In this document: one piece after another, positions 9,817-17,882 of the stretch
Layout: every line of letters starts with the position of its first letter
Numbering within the stretch: position 1 is the stretch's first letter
Assembly: GCA_021158125.1 (NCBI GenBank)
Contig: JAGGVF010000012.1
Location: 91,612 to 155,611, forward strand
DNA: 64,000 nt
Direction of reading: 5' to 3'
Source: Candidatus Bathyarchaeota archaeon
Lineage (GTDB): Archaea > Thermoproteota > Bathyarchaeia > Bathyarchaeales > WUQV01
Made by a program: the position numbers and the translations under genes
Notes under the pieces: generated by a model
What the model saw: only the letters and a program-made list of their open reading frames with translations
Database searches by the model: none
Told to the model about the DNA's origin: nothing

Positions 9817-10107
9817 ATGCCTAAGCCTTCACTTAGAACAAGAAGTAGAAAAAGGGTTCAGAAAAAGTTGCCAGGCGGAAGAATAACCGTACATTACAAG
9901 AAGGAAAAGTCTAATCCAGCGAAGTGTTCAAGATGCGGCCAAATACTGCATGGAATTCCACGATGCCATCCTTCAGAGCTTAGAAAATTAACAAGAAGCC
10001 AAAGGAGAATAGAAAGAATGTACGGCGGTCAACTCTGCGCAAACTGCCTAAAAGAACTGCTAAAAGAAACTGTTAGAAGCAGCTACCAATCTAAAGCAGC
10101 GGTATAA
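9817..10107 (+). CDS. rpl34e: 50S ribosomal protein eL34
   Basis: MPKPSLRTRSRKRVQKKLPGGRITVHYKKEK...CSRCGQILHGIP. Confidence 0.85.
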   Translation: MPKPSLRTRSRKRVQKKLPGGRITVHYKKEKSNPAKCSRCGQILHGIPRCHPSELRKLTRSQRRIERMYGGQLCANCLKELLKETVRSSYQSKAAV

Positions 10108-10110
10108 CGG

Positions 10111-10692
10111 ATGAAAAGGAAAATAGTCATCTGTGTAAGCGGACTGCCGGGATGTGGAAAAAGCACAGTTGCGAAGAAAATTGCTGAAAAGTACGGGTTA
10201 AAATACGTTTCCGGCGGAGACGCATTAAAAAAGTTGGCTGTTGAGGCTGGCTTTAAACCTTCAGGCGAAGACTGGTGGGAAACAGAAGAGGGAATGCGAT
10301 TTCTCAGTAAAAGGATGGAAGACCCAAAATTTGACAGAAAAGTTGACGAAAAACTCATCGAAATGGCAAAGGAGGGAAACATTGTTTTAGACAGCTGGAC
10401 AATGCCTTGGCTTTTGAAAGAAGGATTCAAAATATGGCTTGACGCCCCTCTAGAAGTTAGAGCAACCAGAACAGCCAAAAGAGATAACATAAGCCCCGAA
10501 AAAGCCATAAAACTCCTCAAAGAAAGAGAAGAAAAAACAAAGAGAATATACGAGAAACTTTATGGCTTCCGCTTAGGCGAAGATTTTTCACCTTTCAACA
10601 TAGTATTAAACACGGAAAAACTTGACGCTGAAGAAGTCTTTAAGACACTATGCCTAATATTAGACAGAATGCTTTTGAAGCATGACACATAA
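10111..10692 (+). CDS. cmk: Cytidylate kinase, archaeal type
   Basis: P-loop ICVSGLPGCGKSTVAKKIAEKYGLKYVSGG; operon position. Confidence 0.82.
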   Translation: MKRKIVICVSGLPGCGKSTVAKKIAEKYGLKYVSGGDALKKLAVEAGFKPSGEDWWETEEGMRFLSKRMEDPKFDRKVDEKLIEMAKEGNIVLDSWTMPWLLKEGFKIWLDAPLEVRATRTAKRDNISPEKAIKLLKEREEKTKRIYEKLYGFRLGEDFSPFNIVLNTEKLDAEEVFKTLCLILDRMLLKHDT

Positions 10693-10738
10693 ATACTAGT
10701 TCTTATCTTTTCTCTTAAGCTAACTGGGAGGATTAGAG

Positions 10739-11023
10739 TTGCCCGCTGTTGAAGTTGGAAGAATCTGCGTTAAAATTGCGGGAAGGGAAGCTGGAAGAAA
10801 ATGCATAGTAGTAGACGTAATTGACAAAAACTTCGCCTTAATAACTGGTCCAAAACAAATAACCGGCGTTAAAAGACGAAGAGTAAACATAAATCATATA
10901 GAGCCAACGCCGGAAAAAATCGAAATCAAACGGGGAGCATCAGACGAAGAAATAATCGAAGCCCTAAAAACCGCTGGAAAACTTGAAGAAATGACAAAAG
11001 TTATAAAACCGAAAATAGCATAA
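10739..11023 (+). CDS. rpl14e: 50S ribosomal protein eL14
   Basis: KOW-like [35 protein letters not shown]...[14 protein letters not shown]. Confidence 0.8.
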   Translation: MPAVEVGRICVKIAGREAGRKCIVVDVIDKNFALITGPKQITGVKRRRVNINHIEPTPEKIEIKRGASDEEIIEALKTAGKLEEMTKVIKPKIA

Positions 11024-11084
11024 GCCTAACCCCAACTTTTAAGTAACCACATAATTCTCATTCCATTCTGAAAAGGGAAAAGTC

Positions 11085-12115
11085 ATGCAGAAAAATATTC
11101 CACCTTGGCAAGTAAAGAGAGAAATAGTAATAAAAAATGAGGAAAAAACGGACCCACGCTACGGATACAAACCTGAAGAAAGACCCATAAAGGAATACAT
11201 AAAATTCGGAATAGTAAACTTAGATAAGCCTCCAGGCCCGTCAAGCCACGAAGTAACAGCATGGGTAAGGAAAATCTTAGAGGTAAAGAAAGCCGGTCAC
11301 GGAGGGACCCTTGAAGCCTCACTTGAGGCTGGGGAAATCCCAAGGTGACTGGAGTTTTACCAATAGCCCTCGAAGAAGCAACAAAAATAATTCAAGCCCT
11401 ACAGTTAGCCGGAAAAGAATACGTATGTGTTATGAAACTTCACGGTGAAGTTTCAGAAGAAAAACTGAAAATGGTCTTTAAAGAATTTGAAGGAACAATT
11501 TATCAGCGGCCTCCGTTGAGGGCTTCCGTCAAACGTAGACTAAGAACTAGAAAGATCTATTATTTGGAACTGCTGGAGAAAGATGGAAGAAACGTCCTTT
11601 TTAAAGTTGGATGTGAAGGTGGAACATACATCCGCAAACTATGTTATGATATAGGTGAAGTTTTAGGCTGTGGGGCCCACATGCAAGAACTGAGACGAAC
11701 AAGAGCAGGCCCCCTAACCGAAGAAGAAAACTGCATAGACCTATACGACCTATCCTATTATCACAGCTTATGGAAAGAAAAGAAAGATGACGCATACATA
11801 AGAAAAATTATTCTGCCAATGGAAAAAGCCTTAGATCACATTCCAAAAATTTTCATAAGGGACTCGGCCGTAGAGGCGATATGTTATGGAGCAAACCTAG
11901 CTGCCCCGGGCGTAGTTTCCCTAGAAACTGGAATATTAAAGGACATGACTGTTGCCATTTTTACGTTAAAAGGCGAAGCAGTTGCATTGGCTAAGGCCTT
12001 AGCTTCAACAGAGGAAATTCTGAATATGACCCACGGTTTCGTAGCCAAGACAAAGAGAGTCCTAATGCCTAAGGGCGTATACCCCAAAATGTGGGGGAAA
12101 AGCTCAAGTGTTTAA
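11085..12115 (+). CDS. cbf5: H/ACA RNP pseudouridine synthase Cbf5, interrupted by a 23-nt BHB intron
   Basis: Track ORFs 11085-11348 and 11345-12115 are the two halves of Cbf5. The first ends ...KKAGHGGTL and then goes off into a stop; the second begins VTGVLPIALEEATK. Removing 11314-11336 restores GHGGTL-D-PKVTGVLP, the TruB/Cbf5 catalytic-Asp motif. A PUA-like C-terminus is present. Confidence 0.9.
11314..11336 (+). other. Bulge-helix-bulge (BHB) intron within cbf5 mRNA
   Basis: Outer helix 11304-07 GGGA pairs with 11338-41 UCCC. Central 4-bp helix 11308-11 CCCU pairs with 11331-34 GGGG. The 3-nt bulges are UGA (11312-14) and AAA (11335-37). Inner hairpin 11315-20 AGCCUC pairs with 11325-30 GAGGCU, with loop ACUU. 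The boundary is ambiguous by 1 nt because of flanking A residues. Confidence 0.8.
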
Positions 12116-12740
12116 AGAAAACGACGAAGCAATCAAAAGAAAAATTACGACTCATTACTTTTCTGAAAAACCCGAAACAAAACCAAAATACGGAATTATC
12201 CGAGTTTACCTTAGGGGGAGATATTTCGAATTTTTGACTTCTTCAGGGGTGTTCTCACCAAAACGTATAGATTTGGGAACTCGTCTGCTTATAGAATCAA
12301 TGGTACTACCCGAAGAAGGCTGCATTCTCGATTTAGGATGCGGCTACGGGCCTGTTGGAATAGTAGCGGCCACCTTAAAACCTAAACTCCAAGTTTACAT
12401 GGTTGACATAAACGAGAGAGCAATAAAACTCGCAAGAGAAAACGCCAAAAGAAACCTTACTGAAAACGTTAAGGTAATGCAAGGTTTCCTCTACGAACCA
12501 GTTAAGAAACTAAAATTTGACGCAATACTCTGCAATCCTCCAATAAGCGCAGGAATGAAAACAATTAAAAAAATAATCAACGAAGCCCCAGCGCATTTAA
12601 AGAAAAATGGAATGCTAGAAATAGTAGTTCGTTCAAAAATTGGAGGAAAAACAATAAAAGAGTTTATGGAAAAAACGTTCGGAAACGTTAAAGTCCATGC
12701 GAGACAAAGCGGATACCGAGTATTAATCTCAAAAACTTAA
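12108..12740 (+). CDS. Class I SAM-dependent methyltransferase (RsmC/MJ0882-like, NPPI motif)
   Basis: Motif I ILDLGCGYGPVG and motif IV ILCNPPISAG; 8-nt overlap with cbf5. Confidence 0.72.
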   Translation: MFKENDEAIKRKITTHYFSEKPETKPKYGIIRVYLRGRYFEFLTSSGVFSPKRIDLGTRLLIESMVLPEEGCILDLGCGYGPVGIVAATLKPKLQVYMVDINERAIKLARENAKRNLTENVKVMQGFLYEPVKKLKFDAILCNPPISAGMKTIKKIINEAPAHLKKNGMLEIVVRSKIGGKTIKEFMEKTFGNVKVHARQSGYRVLISKT

Positions 12741-12787
12741 AAACACCGTTAACATTCAGAAGTAAATGAAGCGCCGGGGTCTCCTAG

Positions 12788-12807
12788 AGCGCATAAACCG
12801 CGGGAAA
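12788..12807 (+). other. Non-canonical D-loop intron of tRNA-Ser (about position 15/16)
   Basis: Relaxed BHB. D-stem strand UCCU (12782-85) pairs with intronic GGGA (12802-05). Bulges are AGA (12786-88) and AAU (12806-08). The inner 3-bp hairpin is GCG/CGC. No convincing outer helix is present. Confidence 0.6.
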
Positions 12808-12830
12808 TCCGGTAGGGAGCGGGCCTGGAG

Positions 12831-12859
12831 AGTAAAAGTTAGCATAAAACAGCCTTGCA
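12831..12859 (+). other. Canonical-position (37/38) intron of tRNA-Ser
   Basis: A 29-nt insert AGUAAAAGUUAGCAUAAAACAGCCUUGCA lies between G37 and A38. The central helix CUGG/CUUG is imperfect (one U-U mismatch, one G-U pair). Confidence 0.6.
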
Positions 12860-13010
12860 AGCCCGTGGCCCATTCGGGCCGCGTGGGTTCAAATCCCACC
12901 CCCGGCGCCATTTAATCCTTATTGTTCGAGCAAAAATTGTGCCTTATTTCTATAGAGAACGGCTATTAATTCGCTCCGTATTTCATAGTCCACAATCATT
13001 TCGCTTTTAG

Positions 13011-13023
13011 GTTCAAACCCACG
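13011..13023. repeat. Left copy of 13-bp inverted repeat GTTCAAACCCACG (T-arm-like)
   Basis: Its exact reverse complement occurs at 14416-14428. The sequence resembles the GGTTCAAATCCCAC T-arm of the adjacent tRNA-Ser. Confidence 0.5.
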
Positions 13024-13237
13024 CCTTATATACCTCTTTCAAGATTAGAATCTTCAATGTATAAAGATGATAGGAAGCACAGAGTTTGTTTTGTTCTAGC
13101 TCTTCCTTTGATGCCTTAATCCTTTTTCTAATGTTAATTTGTTTTATCTTCAAAAATCGCATCCGCTATAAATGCTCAGGTAACGATAATTTTAAACTTT
13201 ATAATTTATACATAAATTATCTATTCTTAGGGACTGA

Positions 13238-14107
13238 ATGCAAATGAGTCCTAAGAGGGCCACGAGAGCTATTATTTTCTCACTAATGATTCTAAGCTTA
13301 ACATTGCCGCTTCGCCAGACCATTGTCTTCAGTCCAACAATTCATGATACACGTTTTGATACACTTATTTTCTTGACAAGTATCCCAAATTCATATCAAA
13401 ACGTAACTTATGAAGGAGATTTAATAGTCGAAAATAACCAAACTTTTACAATTCAAGATTCAGAGTTTAACATGATTGGTAAAATTATTGTGAAAGATAC
13501 CTCAACATTGATTATTAGGAACTCAAAGTTTATTGCAATTCCACCATGGGATGGTGACAGCATCGTCATGCTGGATAATTCTAACCTAATTATAACTAAC
13601 ACCACTGTAATTTTCAAACACCCAGGCGGCTTTGACGTGCACATTTCACTTCGACATAATGCCAAAGCAAACATAACTTATTCTACATTCAAAAATCATG
13701 GATATATACTGGCTTATAATAATGCAACAATTTATGTAAGCAATTCAACGATTACATTGGGCACAAAAAGCACAAAGTACAGTGGAGTATCAACATTTGA
13801 TTTTTCTACCGCTGAGATAGAAAATTCAACAGTTGATGGTGTATTCATCTGGGATAACTCAACAGTTTCCTTGAAAAATTCTATCGTAAAACTCCTTCGA
13901 ACAACCTGGGAACAAGAAGATAGAACAACAGTTAACTTAATGAATTCTGAAATCTATCAGATTGAAACCTACGGGGGTACAGTTATTCTTCGTGTTGATG
14001 ACTCAGAAGTAACAAGTGTTAATTTTTTGGGCAATTGTTCTGCTTTGTTTATGGACAGTTCGGTGGAAAAAATGTCTGCTAGAGGCATACAAGAGTCTTA
14101 CTATTAA
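13238..14107 (+). CDS. Secreted beta-helix-repeat surface protein, probably frameshifted near its 3' end
   Basis: N-terminal signal-like segment AIIFSLMILSLTLPL. Repeated ~20-aa units of the type N(S/T)x(V/I)...(I/V)xN/D, with many N-x-S/T sequons. No catalytic motif recognised. Confidence 0.6.
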   Translation: MQMSPKRATRAIIFSLMILSLTLPLRQTIVFSPTIHDTRFDTLIFLTSIPNSYQNVTYEGDLIVENNQTFTIQDSEFNMIGKIIVKDTSTLIIRNSKFIAIPPWDGDSIVMLDNSNLIITNTTVIFKHPGGFDVHISLRHNAKANITYSTFKNHGYILAYNNATIYVSNSTITLGTKSTKYSGVSTFDFSTAEIENSTVDGVFIWDNSTVSLKNSIVKLLRTTWEQEDRTTVNLMNSEIYQIETYGGTVILRVDDSEVTSVNFLGNCSALFMDSSVEKMSARGIQESYY

Positions 14108-14331
14108 AGACTTCTTATGGAGATATAGAAACATATGACAACGCTACAGTTTTAGTTGGCTGGCATATACCCTTGTTTGGACTTATAACAATACCATACA
14201 CATGGGTACCGATCTTTCAAGGACTCCTTTTTCTCATAATCACAGCAGTCATCATTGTTACCCTTGTCATTATAATAAAGGAATGGAAAAAGGGTATGCC
14301 ACAAGTAGAGAAGAAACCTACGATGCGCTGA
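14083..14331 (+). pseudogene. -1-frame continuation of the surface protein: last repeat plus C-terminal TM anchor
   Basis: This frame is open from 14083 and reads ...SYGDIETYDNATVLVGWHIPLFGLITIPYTWVPIFQGLLFLIITAVIIVTLVIIIKEWKKGMPQVEKKPTMR*. IETYDNATVLV echoes IETYGGTVILRV in the upstream ORF. There is no ATG/GTG/TTG start upstream of the TM-anchor segment (the first, TTG 14173, already lies at its edge). Confidence 0.45.
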
Positions 14332-14415
14332 CTTAATGTTTCAAGACAAACAGTTTATAGGAAAATGAAATTAATTCCTGCCAACTCCAAATTTGGTCCC
14401 ATAGAATTTAAAATC

Positions 14416-14428
14416 CGTGGGTTTGAAC
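14416..14428. repeat. Right copy (reverse complement) of 13-bp inverted repeat
   Basis: CGTGGGTTTGAAC is the reverse complement of 13011-13023. Confidence 0.5.
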
Positions 14429-14570
14429 GTGTATTTTGAAATAGCCCCCTTCGCACCATTGCCATAAATTGGAAACTTGAAAGCCCAGCGACTGCTTTTC
14501 TGCTCAGCATAATTGGACTAAAATGCACTTTTATTTATTCAACTTTTTGTGGCAGAAAAACCTCTGTTAG

Positions 14571-14888
14571 TCATGGCTGTGTAGAGAATATTTCCTCAAG
14601 CAAGTCCAATATTTCATTTTTATGTTCACGTATAACTTTCAGAAACTCGTTTCCTTTCTTTGAGAGTTTGTATATTCTTTTTTTGTCTCGCCATACACCT
14701 TCGATAAGTTGTTTTGTTTCCAGCGAATGAAGCGTGTTGTATACTGTTCCGGGGCTTATGAATATTCCAAATCGGTCATTTATCAGCCCTGTAATGTCGT
14801 AGCCGCTTAGATTGTTTTTTTCAAGTTGCGTTAAGATTAATATGTCTAGAAACGAACGTAGAATTCTTTCGTTGAATGCCTTTGGCAT
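14571..14888 (-). CDS. PadR-family winged-helix transcriptional regulator
   Basis: FLDILILTQLEKNNLSGYDITGLINDRFGIFISPGTVYNTLHSLETKQLIEGVW...KRIYKLSKKGNEFL is the PadR pattern. Confidence 0.8.
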   Translation of the reverse strand: MPKAFNERILRSFLDILILTQLEKNNLSGYDITGLINDRFGIFISPGTVYNTLHSLETKQLIEGVWRDKKRIYKLSKKGNEFLKVIREHKNEILDLLEEIFSTQP

Positions 14889-14949
14889 GGATTAGTGTTA
14901 ATTTTAAATATTTCTTAAGTTTCATGGAATTCTCAGATTCAGAACTAGA

Positions 14950-15561
14950 TTAGGCTGTTTTTCGGACAAGTCGCTTACATGAAACAAACGGATTCCCTTT
15001 AATGTAGAACCTCCAGGGTTTTTCGGTTCCGGCGCTGATGCCAATTCGACTAGTAGTAACTATTTCAAACTTCTCCTCGGATACTGGTTTGCAGATAAAT
15101 AATTTCTTACCTTTGGTTAGGTCCCAGCCGTTGAGTTCTTTTGTTATTTTCATGGCTTTAGTTAACTTTGCCGGGCCGTTGGTTAATTCCTTTATCTTTT
15201 CGGTTTGCCTATTCTTTTTCATTATTTTGATTCCTTCAAGTGGTTCTAAAGCCCTTATTAAAACTGCGCCTGGAATTCCTTCTTTTTCGGCTTTTACGTT
15301 TAGGCAGTAGTGCATTCCGTAGGTGAAATATATGTAGGCTAATCCTGGCTTGCTGAACATAACTTCGTTTCGCGGTGTTTTTCCTCTATAGGCGTGGCTT
15401 GCCGGGTCGTCGCTTCCTCTGTATGCTTCAACCTCAACTATTTTTCCTATAAGCCTGCCTTCTGGAAGCTCCCTCACAAGAAGCTTTCCTAATAACTCTT
15501 TTGCAACTTTAACGCTGTTTCTTGCGTAAAAATTTCGTTTAAGAACTTCCAAGTTGTTCAT
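14950..15561 (-). CDS. mpg: DNA-3-methyladenine (alkylpurine/hypoxanthine) glycosylase, AAG/Mpg family
   Basis: FYARNSVKVAKELLGKLLV...GKIVEVEAYRGSDDPASHAYRGKTPRNEVMF..PGLAYIYFTYGMHYCLNV...AVLIRALEP. Confidence 0.85.
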   Translation of the reverse strand: MNNLEVLKRNFYARNSVKVAKELLGKLLVRELPEGRLIGKIVEVEAYRGSDDPASHAYRGKTPRNEVMFSKPGLAYIYFTYGMHYCLNVKAEKEGIPGAVLIRALEPLEGIKIMKKNRQTEKIKELTNGPAKLTKAMKITKELNGWDLTKGKKLFICKPVSEEKFEIVTTSRIGISAGTEKPWRFYIKGNPFVSCKRLVRKTA

Positions 15562-15905
15562 CTTTCAGATTTTATATGTTTAATGAATACGTCTGGTTTA
15601 AATTGGTATATGTTCCTCGCCTTATATGCAAAGCCTTTGGCCACTAGAACTTTTAGGATTTTCTCTGGGAAAAGTCTATTTTTTAAAAGTATTTCTAAAG
15701 CATGCGTATAATTTCTGTTTAGTTCCCTCACTGCAAGTTGTTGCTGTTTTCTTGAAAGTTCGTAGTCTTTACATTCAACTAAGTATGCAAGTTTCATGTC
15801 CGGCTTAACTGCTAAAACATCACAGTGATTTTTCCTTGTGAAAACTATGTAACCTTGCTTTCTGAAAGCCTCGGCGACCATATCCTCAAGCATTGAACCG
15901 CTCAT
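15558..15905 (-). CDS. Hjc-like PD-(D/E)XK nuclease-fold protein
   Basis: GSMLEDMVAEAFRKQGYIVFTR...CDVLAV(x12)YLVECKDY gives an E...D...ExK layout like archaeal Holliday-junction resolvase Hjc. The stop overlaps the mpg ATG (ATGA). Confidence 0.45.
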   Translation of the reverse strand: MSGSMLEDMVAEAFRKQGYIVFTRKNHCDVLAVKPDMKLAYLVECKDYELSRKQQQLAVRELNRNYTHALEILLKNRLFPEKILKVLVAKGFAYKARNIYQFKPDVFIKHIKSER

Positions 15906-16042
15906 TGAACTTCACAACCTTGCAGTCAATTTGAACGTCTAATTCAGGATATTTAACCTTAATGAAACCTTAATAAGTTACGTAGCGGTGCTTTTTTAAA
16001 AACCATAAATCTCTAATTTTTGTTGATTTCATAATATCAATT

Positions 16043-16801
16043 ATGAACGAGAATGCGAAAAGTTTTGAAGAATGGGCGAAAGTTTATGATATGATTTATG
16101 GAAATTACAAAAAAGATTTGGATTTCTATAAAAGGGAGGCACGGAAAGCTAAGGGAAAGGTTCTCGAAATTGCTTGTGGAACGGGAAGAATCTATTTAGA
16201 ACTACTTAAAGACGGAATAGACGCTTACGGAATCGATATTTCTGAAAACATGCTGAAAGTTCTCAAAGAAAAGGCCAAGAAGCTGGGATTAAACCCTAAA
16301 GTTAAGAAAGCGGATATGAGAAATTTCAGACTTAACACAAAATTTTCTTTAATAATAATTCCATTCAGATCCTTCCTTCATAACTTAACATTCAATGATC
16401 AAATTAAAACTCTAGAGAACTGTAAGAAGCATCTTAAATCAGATGGAAGGTTGATTCTTAACTTCTTTTTCCCAAATCCTGAAGTTATCGTGAAAAATTA
16501 TGGTAGAGAAAAAGAGGATAAGGTATTAGAGTTTAACAATAGAAAATTTGTAGTGACTAGTAAGTCCTATTTCATAGATGAAGTCAACCAGATTGTAGAG
16601 TTTATTCAAACATTAAAAAATGAAAACAGAGAAGTTTTGTGGAGGGGCAAATTTCAGATTGCTTTAATCTATAAAAAAGAGTTTGAATTGTTATTACGCC
16701 TTGCCGGCTTCAAAAAATGGAAAGTTTACGGCGGATTCAATTATGAGCCTTTGAAATCTTACAGACAAGAAATGGTCTGGATAGTTGGAAATGACGTTTA
16801 G
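16043..16801 (+). CDS. Class I SAM-dependent methyltransferase
   Basis: Motif I VLEIACGTGRIYLELL and post-I DAYGIDISENML. Confidence 0.75.
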   Translation: MNENAKSFEEWAKVYDMIYGNYKKDLDFYKREARKAKGKVLEIACGTGRIYLELLKDGIDAYGIDISENMLKVLKEKAKKLGLNPKVKKADMRNFRLNTKFSLIIIPFRSFLHNLTFNDQIKTLENCKKHLKSDGRLILNFFFPNPEVIVKNYGREKEDKVLEFNNRKFVVTSKSYFIDEVNQIVEFIQTLKNENREVLWRGKFQIALIYKKEFELLLRLAGFKKWKVYGGFNYEPLKSYRQEMVWIVGNDV

Positions 16802-16860
16802 GTAATAGGAAAAGTTAAATAAAGTGCACGGTATTTTCGTAAGTTAGTCTCCAAAAGTGG

Positions 16861-17319
16861 ATGGCTGAAATGTCAAGAGAGTTCAGACATATAGTTCGAG
16901 TTACTGATACAGACATAGATGGAACCCTTAAGGTAGGGTATGCCCTAACAAAAATTAAAGGCGTAAGTATAAGCTTAGCGAATGCTATTCTAAAAAAGGC
17001 TGAAGTAAACCCCGAAATCAGGTTGGGCTTGCTCTCAGAAGAGCAAGTTAGAAAAATTGAGGAGATTTTAGAGAATCCAGCCAAGTACGGAATTCCAAAC
17101 TGGCTTCTAAATAGACGTAAAGATTTAGAAACTGGAAAAGATTTACATCTGCTTAGTTCCGACCTTGTTTTAAGAACTAAAATGGACATAGATTTAATGA
17201 AGAAGATTAAGTCTTGGAGGGGTTACCGTCACGCTCACGGCTTGAAGGTTAGAGGCCAAAGAACACGCACAACTGGAAGAACTGGCAAGACAGTTGGTGT
17301 TAGGAAGAAGAGGAGATAG
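16861..17319 (+). CDS. rps13: 30S ribosomal protein uS13
   Basis: FRHIVRVTDTDIDGTLKVGYALTKIKGVSISLANAIL...WRGYRHAHGLKVRGQRTRTTGR. Confidence 0.9.
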   Translation: MAEMSREFRHIVRVTDTDIDGTLKVGYALTKIKGVSISLANAILKKAEVNPEIRLGLLSEEQVRKIEEILENPAKYGIPNWLLNRRKDLETGKDLHLLSSDLVLRTKMDIDLMKKIKSWRGYRHAHGLKVRGQRTRTTGRTGKTVGVRKKRR

Positions 17320-17321
17320 CC

Positions 17322-17882
17322 ATGGGCGACCCGAAAAAACAACGTAAAAAATATGAAACTCCACGTTTCCCTTGGAGAACAGACGTTTTACAAGCCGAAC
17401 TTAAACTTCTGGGGCAGTATGGCTTAAGAAACAAGCATGAACTTTGGCGAGCAAAAACCATGCTCTCGAAATTTAGGGGAATAGCCCGCTCCCTTCTCGG
17501 AAAAAGCCCAGAAGAAAGAGAAAAACTTGAAAAACAACTTTTAACTAAGCTTAAGAGAATGGGAATACTTCATGAAACAGCAGTTTTAGACGACGTTTTA
17601 GACTTAACAGTTGAAGACATTTTGGAGCGACGATTACAAACAATAGTTTTCCGCAAAGGCTTAGCCAAATCAATTTATCAGGCTAGACAGTTCATAACCC
17701 ACGGTCATATTGTAATTGGCAACAAGAAAGTTCGGTCGCCAGGATATTTAGTTCTGAAGGAGGAAGAAGACCAGATAGCCTATTCTCCAACAAGCCCGCT
17801 TTCAGACTCAAACCATCCTTTAAGACAGGAGATTCAAGGAGTAACTGTTTCGGCAAAAACTTCACAAGGTGAAGGTGAATGA
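17322..17882 (+). CDS. rps4: 30S ribosomal protein uS4
   Basis: [18 protein letters not shown]...[18 protein letters not shown]...[39 protein letters not shown]. Confidence 0.9.
   Translation: MGDPKKQRKKYETPRFPWRTDVLQAELKLLGQYGLRNKHELWRAKTMLSKFRGIARSLLGKSPEEREKLEKQLLTKLKRMGILHETAVLDDVLDLTVEDILERRLQTIVFRKGLAKSIYQARQFITHGHIVIGNKKVRSPGYLVLKEEEDQIAYSPTSPLSDSNHPLRQEIQGVTVSAKTSQGEGE

Larger units (their letters stand above)
12773..12910 (+). tRNA. tRNA-Ser (anticodon GGA) with two introns and encoded CCA
   Basis: Hand fold. Acceptor GCCGGGG/CCCCGGC, discriminator G, CCA. T arm GUGGG-UUCAAAU-CCCAC. Long variable arm GGCCC-AUUC-GGGCC. Anticodon stem CGGGC/GCCCG with loop CU-GGA-G[intron]A. The D arm UCCU...GGGA is only formed after removing a 20-nt insert. 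The spliced length is 89 nt including CCA. Confidence 0.8.

Noticed and set aside
11301-11350. Programmed -1 ribosomal frameshift, or a genuine pseudogene, as the explanation for the split cbf5
   Set aside because: There is no X_XXY_YYZ slippery heptamer in the zero frame. Any frameshift product would lack the catalytic Asp (GGTLEASLEAG...). By contrast, excising 23 nt restores GGTLDPKV exactly, and the flanks form a canonical BHB.
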